A stretch of DNA of 64,000 nt from an uncultured Flavobacteriaceae bacterium (lineage in GTDB: Bacteria > Bacteroidota > Bacteroidia > AKYH767-A > OLB10), in contig CAYSPG010000001.1 in NCBI GenBank assembly GCA_964432885.1, positions 8,619 through 72,618 on the forward strand. The letters run 5' to 3'. A program made the position numbers and the translations under genes. The notes below the pieces were generated by a model. It made no database searches, was not told the DNA's origin, and saw nothing but the letters and a program-made list of their open reading frames with translations. Every line of letters starts with the position of its first letter. Positions within the stretch are counted from its first letter, which is position 1. Shown in pieces: positions 46,856-55,169 of the stretch.

Positions 46856-47014
46856 TGTGTTTTAATTTTTGGCTGCAGCGTTTTCGCAACTGCGAAACTC
46901 TTTTGGCTGTTTGCCTGGTTAAACTTATAATTATTTAATATTTTTAATTGAATAGAGTAGCTCAACTTCAAACTACTCGAAAAGAGTCCATTCGGACAAA
47001 CACCAAACTTTTAC

Positions 47015-47212
47015 CTATGCTATACTCAACATACGTTTTGCTTTGTACGAATCTACTTCACTTACAGTGTTTGAGTGAGTGAGTGCGCGTTTACGCTTGG
47101 TGCTTTTTTTAGTTAGAATGTGGCTTTTAAAAGCGTGCTTTCTTTTTATTTTTCCTGTGCCCGTAACGCTGAAACGTTTTTTAGCGCTCGAGTTTCTTTT
47201 CATTTTTGGCAT
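47015..47212 (-). CDS. rpmI: 50S ribosomal protein L35
   Basis: [14 protein letters not shown]…[20 protein letters not shown] canonical L35. Confidence 0.9.
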   Translation of the reverse strand: MPKMKRNSSAKKRFSVTGTGKIKRKHAFKSHILTKKSTKRKRALTHSNTVSEVDSYKAKRMLSIA

Positions 47213-47270
47213 TTTGATTTACAATTTATGACCCGATGCTTCGGAGTACGATTTACAATTTATTTTTTTT
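47213..47270 (-). promoter_or_regulatory. structured infC-rpmI spacer: 14-nt direct repeats flanking a GC hairpin, heptad-phased into the rpmI ATG
   Basis: Plus-strand gatttacaatttat at 47216-47229 and 47250-47263. Hairpin cccga-tgct-tcgg(a) at 47232-47245. Minus strand reads cataaat tgtaaat caaaATG. Confidence 0.6.
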
Positions 47271-47300
47271 ACTTAATAATTTAATTTTCTAAACACTTTA

Positions 47301-47906
47301 TTACTTCTTTTTAGGTCCGGGTACCATGTGTAAAAACATTCTGTTGCCCTCAAGTTTTGGAAGCATTTCTACCTTCCCATAGTCTTCTAGTGCCTGAGCA
47401 AACTTTAAAAGAATAATTTCTCCTTTTTCTTTATAGGCTATCGTTCTGCCTTTAAAGTGAACATAAGCTTTAACTTTTGCTCCCTCGCCCAAAAACTTAA
47501 TGGCATGTTTAACCTTAAAGTCAAAATCGTGGTCATCTGTGTTTGGGCCAAACCTTATTTCTTTAACAACCGATTTGGCTGCAGAAGCTTTTTTCTCTTT
47601 ATCCTTTTTCTTTTTTTCGTAAAGAAATTTTTGATAGTCAATTATTTTACAAACCGGAGGGGTAGAGGTATCCGAAATTTCTACAAGATCAAGTTCCATA
47701 TCCTGCGCCATTCGCAGTGCAACAGATGTATCGTAAATATTTGGTTCAACATTATCGCCAACCAAACGTACCTGCGAGGCAGTTATGCGATTGTTTATTC
47801 TATGCTCTTCAACTTTTGGTTTTGGAAAACGCCTGTCCTGAAAACGATTGTAGGGCGCACCACCCGGCTTACTAAAGTTTGGCTTTGGTTTGTAAAACGT
47901 TGCTAT
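47301..47906 (-). CDS. infC: translation initiation factor IF-3, probable ATA start
   Basis: IF-3 N- and C-domains. The conserved HRINNRITASQVRLVGDN lies upstream of the first ATG. The frame is open back to an ATA at 47904-47906 preceded by AAGGAGG (47911-47917). Confidence 0.8.
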   Translation of the reverse strand: MATFYKPKPNFSKPGGAPYNRFQDRRFPKPKVEEHRINNRITASQVRLVGDNVEPNIYDTSVALRMAQDMELDLVEISDTSTPPVCKIIDYQKFLYEKKKKDKEKKASAAKSVVKEIRFGPNTDDHDFDFKVKHAIKFLGEGAKVKAYVHFKGRTIAYKEKGEIILLKFAQALEDYGKVEMLPKLEGNRMFLHMVPGPKKK

Positions 47907-47927
47907 GTTTCCTCCTTTTTAATAGAT

Positions 47928-49862
47928 TTAATTTAACTGTAATTGTGTATTAATTTCTTTTTTTAATAAATCGGCTAACTCACCTACGGGCATTGCTCCT
48001 AAATCGCCTTGTCCGTGTTTGCGTACCGAAACTTTATTCTCAGCCTGTTCTTTCTCGCCAACTATAAGCATGTAAGGTACTTTGGCTACCTCTGCATCCC
48101 TGATTTTCCGTCCTATTTTCTCACCCCTCTCGTCAACGAGGGCGCGAATATCGTAATTATTCAATAACGAACAAACACTTTTCGCATAGTCATTAAACTT
48201 ATCGCTTATTGGTAAAATGGAAACTTGTTTTGGAGCAAGCCACAGAGGAAAATTACCTGCAAAATGTTCGATAAGAAAACCAATAAAACGTTCGTGGGTG
48301 CCAAGCGGTGCACGATGAATGCATATTGGGGTTTTCATTTCATTGTCTTTATCACGATATGTTAATCCAAAGCGAGGCGGTATGGCAAAATCCACCTGAT
48401 TGGTAGCAAGTGTAAACTCTCTACCAATAGCACTCCACACTTGTACATCTATTTTGGGTCCGTAAAATGCCGCTTCATCGGGCACTTCTATGTATGGAAT
48501 TTTTGAATCAATCAAAACGTTTCGCACCATGTCTTCTGTTTTTAGCCACAACTCACGGTTATCAACATATTTTTTTCCAAGTTTCTCAATGCTGTGGGTG
48601 CTAAATCGCATTACATACTTTTCAATACCAAAAATTTTAAAGTATTTAAGGTACATATCATTTACTGCTCTAAATTCAGAAGCAAATTGTTCTTCGCTGC
48701 AGTAAATATGGGCGTCATTCATCTGCAAACAGCGTACTCGCATCAGTCCAAATAATTCGCCCGATTGCTCGTACCTGTAGCAAGTTCCATATTCAGCTAA
48801 TCGAATCGGCAAGTCGCGATAACTTGCATTCATGTTGCCAAATATTTTATGGTGATGAGGGCAGTTCATTGGTTTTAAATAATACTTCTCTCCATCCATT
48901 TCCATAGGTGAAAACATACTATCGGCATAATACGGCAAATGCCCTGTGGTTTTATACATGTTTTCTTTGGCAAGATGTGGTGTGCGTACACGCATGTAAC
49001 CAGCCTGCTGTTCAGTACGTTTAGCAAGTTTTTCTAACTCTTCAATTAAAACAGTTCCGTTAGGCATCCACAATGGCAAACCGGGTCCTACATCATCATC
49101 AAACATAAAAATATCCAGTTCTTTCCCTAATTTACGGTGGTCACGCTTTTTTGCTTCTTCAAGCATTTTAAGGTATTCATCAAGTTCCTTTTGTTTAGGA
49201 AATGTGATGCCGTAAATACGGGTAAGTTGTTTGTTGTTTTCATCACCTTTCCAATAGGCTCCGGCAAGGGTAGTAAGTTTTACTGCCTTAATGTATCCTG
49301 TACTTGGTATATGTGGGCCGCGGCACAAATCGGTAAAATTTCCTTGCGTGTACAATGAAATATTGCCATCTTCCAAATTACTAAGCAAATCAAGTTTGTA
49401 TTCATCTCCCTTATCGGTAAAATATTTTACTGCATCAGCTTTTGAAATTTCTTTGCGCTGGTAAACATTATTTTGTCTCGCTAATTCCAGCATTTTGTCT
49501 TCAATTTTTTTAAAGTCTTCGCTGCTAATGCTGTGTCCGCCTAAATCAATATCGTAATAAAATCCATTGTCAACCGGTGGGCCAACCCAAAACTTTACAC
49601 CCGGATAATAAGATTCTAATGCTTCAGCCATCAAATGTGCTGACGAATGCCACATCGTTGATTTACCCTCAGACGCGTCCCAGGTTAAAAGTTCAAGAGT
49701 TGCATCGGCAGTTATAGGGCGCATCAAATCTCTAACTTCACCATTAACCTTAGCGGCTAATACATTTCGCGCAAGCCCCTCGCTTATGCTTTTTGCAATT
49801 TCCATTGCTGTAGTTCCATCGGCATACTCGCGCACATTTTTGTCGGGAAAAGTAATTTTCAT
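47928..49862 (-). CDS. thrS: threonine--tRNA ligase
   Basis: 644 aa. TGS and editing domain (HSSAHLMAEA), class II core (…RVRCLQMNDAHIY…), anticodon-binding C-terminus. Confidence 0.97.
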   Translation of the reverse strand: MKITFPDKNVREYADGTTAMEIAKSISEGLARNVLAAKVNGEVRDLMRPITADATLELLTWDASEGKSTMWHSSAHLMAEALESYYPGVKFWVGPPVDNGFYYDIDLGGHSISSEDFKKIEDKMLELARQNNVYQRKEISKADAVKYFTDKGDEYKLDLLSNLEDGNISLYTQGNFTDLCRGPHIPSTGYIKAVKLTTLAGAYWKGDENNKQLTRIYGITFPKQKELDEYLKMLEEAKKRDHRKLGKELDIFMFDDDVGPGLPLWMPNGTVLIEELEKLAKRTEQQAGYMRVRTPHLAKENMYKTTGHLPYYADSMFSPMEMDGEKYYLKPMNCPHHHKIFGNMNASYRDLPIRLAEYGTCYRYEQSGELFGLMRVRCLQMNDAHIYCSEEQFASEFRAVNDMYLKYFKIFGIEKYVMRFSTHSIEKLGKKYVDNRELWLKTEDMVRNVLIDSKIPYIEVPDEAAFYGPKIDVQVWSAIGREFTLATNQVDFAIPPRFGLTYRDKDNEMKTPICIHRAPLGTHERFIGFLIEHFAGNFPLWLAPKQVSILPISDKFNDYAKSVCSLLNNYDIRALVDERGEKIGRKIRDAEVAKVPYMLIVGEKEQAENKVSVRKHGQGDLGAMPVGELADLLKKEINTQLQLN

Positions 49863-49969
49863 GTGTTAATATTATTTTTTCTGTTGGTCACATGGAATAC
49901 GCCATATTCATCTCGTTTGGTAAACACAATTGTATATGGCTATTTCATATTGTGTAATAAATATTTTGG

Positions 49970-49977
49970 CAAAGATA
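49970..49977 (-). promoter_or_regulatory. -7 box TAtcTTTG upstream of thrS (implies a ~100-nt leader)
   Basis: Exact TAnnTTTG on the minus strand, 107 nt upstream of the ATG at 49862. Confidence 0.3.
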
Positions 49978-50056
49978 TAATTGCCGCTTAAAGTTTTAAG
50001 TGTAATGTACAAAGTTTGTTTATGATTTGCTTTTATTTTAGGGGCAAATTTTTTTT

Positions 50057-51088
50057 ATCAATACCTCTAAATATAATTCGCTTACAGGATTGCGGTATGT
50101 TGCAGCACTAATGGTTTTTGTACACCATTTGGCTCCGCGCCATTTTCATCCGCTTATTAATAACTTTATTATTGAGTTGCAGGCAGGGGTTCCCGTATTT
50201 TTTACGCTAAGCGGATTTTTAATTTGCCACAGATATTATCAAGATGCTGCAACGGGCAACATCGGTTGGTTTAAAAAATACCTGGTAAACCGGTTTGCTC
50301 GCATTTATCCTGTTTTTTTTATTGTTACAGTTGTAAATTGCCTTTACAGGGATGTTGATTCAATAGGTTTTATTTTAAACATTTCAATGCTACACGGTTT
50401 TTTTTCAAACTATGTTTTTAACCCTTTGCCGCAAACATGGTCGCTTACGGTTGAAGCCACCTTTTACATTTTCATACCCCTTATTTTTTATTTATTCCGA
50501 AAAAAAATTCCGGTCATTTTGCAAGCGTTTTTGTTTTTAGCACTGGGCGCCATATTAACCTATGCAACAAGTAAAACAACCATGTTTGGCTTTTTTAAAG
50601 ACATCAACTTTATGCTTGTGCTCACCTTTTTTGGGCGTTGTTTTGAGTTTTTATCCGGTGTTTACTTGTGCCTTTTAATAAGTAAAAATAAAGAGATAAT
50701 AGCTCCTCAAATCAATTTCACCTGGCTTTCAGCATTTTTGTTGCCCGCATTAATCGTTTTTATCTCCCTGGTTGGTGGTCTTAATTCATACAAAGGTATT
50801 TTTCTGCACAACATTTTTTTGCCGGTAACGGTATGTGGATTAATTTATGGACTTATTACCGAGCACACCTTAATAAGAACTTTTCTATCAGGAAAAATAA
50901 TGGATTTGCTTGGTAAAAGTTCATATTGTTTTTTTCTGTTTCATGTTGGGTTTATTCATTCGTTTTTTAATAAATACATTATTTCAAACCTGCTTATTGA
51001 ATTGATTTTTACAACAACTTTAAGTGTTTTTGCATTTAAATTTTTAGAGGAACCCTTAAACAGAAAGATAAAGAAATTAGTGGGTTAA
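50057..51088 (+). CDS. acyltransferase family 3 membrane protein, probable ATC start
   Basis: The conserved N-terminal signature …SLTGLRYVAALMVFVHH begins upstream of the listed TTG (50090). The frame is open from 50042 with no ATG/GTG/TTG; ATC at 50057 gives (M)NTSKYNSLTGLRY. Multi-TM body. Confidence 0.65.
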   Translation: MNTSKYNSLTGLRYVAALMVFVHHLAPRHFHPLINNFIIELQAGVPVFFTLSGFLICHRYYQDAATGNIGWFKKYLVNRFARIYPVFFIVTVVNCLYRDVDSIGFILNISMLHGFFSNYVFNPLPQTWSLTVEATFYIFIPLIFYLFRKKIPVILQAFLFLALGAILTYATSKTTMFGFFKDINFMLVLTFFGRCFEFLSGVYLCLLISKNKEIIAPQINFTWLSAFLLPALIVFISLVGGLNSYKGIFLHNIFLPVTVCGLIYGLITEHTLIRTFLSGKIMDLLGKSSYCFFLFHVGFIHSFFNKYIISNLLIELIFTTTLSVFAFKFLEEPLNRKIKKLVG

Positions 51089-51186
51089 CTACCGCTTTTC
51101 ACGGAAAAGTATAAGGAAATTAAATAAAGTTTTAGCAAACTAATTTGCTTGTGAATTAATGAAAAAACGGAATTTCTACAAACAGT

Positions 51187-51729
51187 TTACTTTTCCTGTA
51201 TTGGCGAGGCGACAGGTGGCAATGAGCCTGAATAGCTTGTACATGGTATAGTCCATGGGCAGTGTTCGTAGTAAATCAGATTTACATTTTCTATGGTTTT
51301 GTTTTCAATACGGATAATACCATCGCACTTACGCCACTCTTTTTCAAAACAGGCACTGTCAACCGAAATATTAATGTTGGGCTCAGGAAATTGAAGTTTT
51401 TTGATTTTGTATTCTTCCACAACACAATATAGCCCACTTGCAAGATACACGTTAAATACACCATTATCATCTGATGTAGCCTTTTGAATTATTTTCCCTT
51501 TTGAAAAATTTTTGTTCCCACGCTTTATATATATGGTTTTGTTTTTAAGCGGAATGGGTTGCCGCATTGATGCAAGCACTTCATCACCTGGGTCGGCACC
51601 TCCGCAATAATCGGTACTTAGTTTTATTGTACCCGACACTTTATAGCGCGCGGCAGGCACTTTTTGTTGTGCCGCACACACACATACAAACAGTAAAAGC
51701 AACACTAAAATTAACGGTAACCTATACAT
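51187..51729 (-). CDS. hypothetical secreted Cys-rich protein
   Basis: Signal peptide (…CVCAAQQ). Eight further Cys residues. No motif recognised. Confidence 0.45.
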   Translation of the reverse strand: MYRLPLILVLLLLFVCVCAAQQKVPAARYKVSGTIKLSTDYCGGADPGDEVLASMRQPIPLKNKTIYIKRGNKNFSKGKIIQKATSDDNGVFNVYLASGLYCVVEEYKIKKLQFPEPNINISVDSACFEKEWRKCDGIIRIENKTIENVNLIYYEHCPWTIPCTSYSGSLPPVASPIQEK

Positions 51730-52045
51730 TTTTTAGCTTAAAAACAGGTTGGTAAAGATAGCGCTTATGGTTTGATTAAAAAGTTGCTCATCAAATGCTC
51801 CTTAACTTTGGTACCACGGTTGTCCGATTAATTATTGCTTTCTAAAAGAGATGCCTCCACTTCGCCCAAAAGTAGGCCCTCTCTACCACACGCACCTCTG
51901 CGTAACCTGTCATTCCGAGCCAAGTCGAGGAGTCTTTTCTATTAGTCACACAACCATGATACAATTGCAAATTCAACCCTCATATTTGTTTAACAATCTC
52001 ACGCTTTTTCTACTACTTTCGCGCCCTCAAAAAAAAAATAAATTA

Positions 52046-53146
52046 ATGGGATTAAAGTGTGGAATAGTGGGCTTGCCTAATGTAGGAAAGTCAACCTTAT
52101 TTAATTGCTTAAGTAATGCAAAGGCTCAGGCAGCCAATTTTCCATTTTGCACCATCGAACCTAACCTTGGTGTAATTACCGTGCCTGACGACAGATTGAC
52201 TGTGCTTGAAAAATTAGTGAATCCGCAACGCGTGGTTCCAACAACTGTTGAAATTGTTGACATTGCCGGCCTTGTAAAAGGTGCCAGCAAAGGCGAAGGC
52301 CTGGGCAACCAGTTTTTGGCCAACATCAGAGAAACAGATGCCATTATACACGTGCTGCGCTGCTTTGATGATGATAATGTAGTGCATGTTGACGGCAGCG
52401 TAAATCCTGTTCGCGACAAAGACACCATTGATTACGAACTGCAGTTAAAAGACCTTGACACCATCGAAAAAAAAATAAAAACCGTAGAGAAGGTAGCCAA
52501 AGTGGGCAACGATAAAGATGGAAAAAAAACGTATGATTTGCTGATGCATTTAAAAAAGCATCTGGAGTCAGGTCAATCGGTGCGAAGCGCATCTATTGCT
52601 AAAGAAGACAAACACTTTATTGACGATTGCTTTTTGCTTACCGATAAACCCGTTTTGTATGTATGCAATGTTGACGAAAAATCAGTGGTCAACGGAAATA
52701 AACATGTGGATGCCGTACGCCAAAAAGTAAAAACCGAAAATGCCGAAGTGCTTGTAATAGCAGCAGCCATTGAAGCTGAAATATCCCAACTTGATACCTT
52801 TGAAGAAAGGCAAATGTTTTTAAACGATTTAGGATTAAAAGAATCGGGTGTAACAAAACTTATAAATGCTGCCTATCGCTTATTGCAATTGCAAACCTAT
52901 TTTACCGCAGGCGAAAAAGAAGTGCGTGCCTGGACCATTCATAAAGGCATGACAGCGCCACAGGCAGCAGGAGTAATACATACCGATTTTGAAAAAGGCT
53001 TTATTCGTGCCGAAGTAATAAAATACACCGACTTTGTTTCTTTAGGATCAGAACTTGCATGTAAAGAAAACGGCAAACTTGCCGTTGAAGGAAAAGAGTA
53101 TGTTGTAAACGATGGGGATGTAATGCACTTTAGGTTTAACGTGTAA
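52046..53146 (+). CDS. ychF: redox-regulated ATPase YchF
   Basis: [20 protein letters not shown]…; C-terminal TGS-like …GKEYVVNDGDVMHFRFNV. Start placed at the ATG at 52046, not 51851. Confidence 0.95.
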   Translation: MGLKCGIVGLPNVGKSTLFNCLSNAKAQAANFPFCTIEPNLGVITVPDDRLTVLEKLVNPQRVVPTTVEIVDIAGLVKGASKGEGLGNQFLANIRETDAIIHVLRCFDDDNVVHVDGSVNPVRDKDTIDYELQLKDLDTIEKKIKTVEKVAKVGNDKDGKKTYDLLMHLKKHLESGQSVRSASIAKEDKHFIDDCFLLTDKPVLYVCNVDEKSVVNGNKHVDAVRQKVKTENAEVLVIAAAIEAEISQLDTFEERQMFLNDLGLKESGVTKLINAAYRLLQLQTYFTAGEKEVRAWTIHKGMTAPQAAGVIHTDFEKGFIRAEVIKYTDFVSLGSELACKENGKLAVEGKEYVVNDGDVMHFRFNV

Positions 53147-53336
53147 TCAACACTTAGTCTTACTATTTCAAAAGATTATATTTGCCTTATAAACTTTAAC
53201 TAACCTTTAATAGCCTTTCCATTGAAATTTTTGTTTGCATATAGCAATTTTGCAATCATTACAACAAGTACTGTTTCACTTTTTTCTCATTTCATCAGTA
53301 ATAATTTTATGCCCTTGTTTTAAATTGTAAAAAACA

Positions 53337-55169
53337 ATGTTTGTTAAAATGGACTATAGTTTTTTTAGATTTTTTTTGGCTTCATTTATGTTTCTTGGCT
53401 TAGGTGCCAATGCGGGAGAAATAAAGTTTACGGCTTCAACCAACCGCAATCCTGTTGGTACTGGCGAACAGTTTATCATTACCTATTCAATAAACACCAA
53501 TGCAAGCAACTTTGAGGCTCCGCCATTTAAAGACTTTAATGTGCTAAGCGGCCCTAACCAAAGCACCAGTATGCAAATTGTTAACGGCAGCATGAGCCAG
53601 TCTGTTGATATTACCTATTACCTGCAGGCTCGCACCGAAGGTACCTTTCGCATTGAGCCGGCTGCAATTATTGTAAACAATACGCGCATAAAATCAAATC
53701 CGTTATCCATCACTGTTGTTAAGGGACAGGGCAAAGCACAAAACCAGCAACAAGATGGCGGCACCGATGCTACAGTTTCTTCACAAAATGTTTTTTTGCG
53801 TGTTTCGGTTGATAAATCATCTGTTTATAGAGGCGAGGCATTGGTGGCTACTTACAAACTTTATACGCGGGTTAACATTGTAAATTATGCCATTGATAAG
53901 TTGCCGGCATTTAACGGCTTTTGGTCGCAAGAATTAAAAATGCCAGAGCAACTTGAATTGCACAATGAAAATTTAAACGGCCAGCAGTACAGGGTTGGAG
54001 TTATAAAAAAAGTGGTGTTATTTCCTCAGCAATCAGGTATACTAACGTTAGATCCAATGACAGGTCAGTGTATTGCGCGCATACAGCAACAGCGCAAACG
54101 CTCAAATAATCCTTTCGATATTTTTAACGACCCCTTCTTTTCATTTGGCAGTGCGCAGGATGTGCAGGTTCCTGTAAAATCCGACCCTTTAAAAATTAAT
54201 GTAAAAGAACTTCCTCCAATAACTGATGCTTCGTTTAATGGCTCAGTAGGCCGATATACTATTGAAGCAAAACTTGATAAATCAGAAATAAAAGCAAATG
54301 ATGCTGCCACGCTTAAAATTAAAATAAGCGGGAAAGGAAATATAAAACTTATTGATGCTCCACAAATTTCAATTGCAACCGACATTGAAAAGTACGACCC
54401 TAAAGTTGCCGACAATGTTTCGGTTTCAGAAGCTGGAGTATCAGGCAGCAAAACTTTTGAGTACCTGCTTATACCACGTCACGAAGGTTCATATACCATA
54501 GACCCTATTCCGTTTACTTATTTTGATCTGGAAAAAAAGCAATATGTAAAATTATCAACCCAACCATTTACACTAAATGTAAAAGGAATTTCAGGTGATG
54601 CATCTGCCGCATCTTCTGTCTCTTCTTATCAAAATAAATCGGATGTAAAGTTGTTGGGAAAGGATATACGATTTATAAAAACATCGCCACTTACATTTAG
54701 TACCAGCCAGAATTTTTATGGTAGTTGGGCATATTACACATTGCTTGCGTTGCCTGCCGTGCTTTTACTCTCGGCAGCGGTTTATAAAAGACGCATTGAT
54801 GCGTTAAAAGGAAATGTGGCTTACATGCGAAGTGCAAAAGCTACCAAAATGGCTCAAAAAAGATTATCGGTTGCTAAAAAACATCTTGACGAAAACAAAC
54901 AGGATACTTTTTACGAGGAAATTTTTAAAGCGCTTTACGGTTACACGGCCGATAAACTGGCAATTAATTATGCTGACCTTAACAAAGAAAATTTAAAGTC
55001 AGGGTTGTTGGCGCGAAGTGTGAAACCCGAAACCGCTGACAAATTGCTTGCAACTATTAATACATGTGAGTATGCTCGTTTTGCCTCGCAGCTTGCAAGT
55101 GCCGATGTAAAAAAAGTATATTCCGATTCGGTACATATCATCACTGAATTAGAAAACCAGCTTGTATGA
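53337..55169 (+). CDS. batD: BatD-family (aerotolerance operon) protein
   Basis: Signal peptide. Repeated Ig-like blocks (VSVDKSSVYRGEALVATYKLY…, GRYTIEAKLDKSEIKANDAATLKIKISGKGN). Late TM helix and helical tail; 610 aa. Confidence 0.65.
   Translation: MFVKMDYSFFRFFLASFMFLGLGANAGEIKFTASTNRNPVGTGEQFIITYSINTNASNFEAPPFKDFNVLSGPNQSTSMQIVNGSMSQSVDITYYLQARTEGTFRIEPAAIIVNNTRIKSNPLSITVVKGQGKAQNQQQDGGTDATVSSQNVFLRVSVDKSSVYRGEALVATYKLYTRVNIVNYAIDKLPAFNGFWSQELKMPEQLELHNENLNGQQYRVGVIKKVVLFPQQSGILTLDPMTGQCIARIQQQRKRSNNPFDIFNDPFFSFGSAQDVQVPVKSDPLKINVKELPPITDASFNGSVGRYTIEAKLDKSEIKANDAATLKIKISGKGNIKLIDAPQISIATDIEKYDPKVADNVSVSEAGVSGSKTFEYLLIPRHEGSYTIDPIPFTYFDLEKKQYVKLSTQPFTLNVKGISGDASAASSVSSYQNKSDVKLLGKDIRFIKTSPLTFSTSQNFYGSWAYYTLLALPAVLLLSAAVYKRRIDALKGNVAYMRSAKATKMAQKRLSVAKKHLDENKQDTFYEEIFKALYGYTADKLAINYADLNKENLKSGLLARSVKPETADKLLATINTCEYARFASQLASADVKKVYSDSVHIITELENQLV

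Noticed and set aside
47457-47936. 159-aa plus-strand ORF
   Set aside because: It is entirely antisense to infC, with low-complexity Phe/Lys/Asn-rich content. It is an artefact of the AT-rich opposite strand.
51851-52045. N-terminal 65-codon extension of the ychF ORF
   Set aside because: YchF's conserved N-terminus starts at 52046. The extension is repeat-derived and preceded by an A10 tract.
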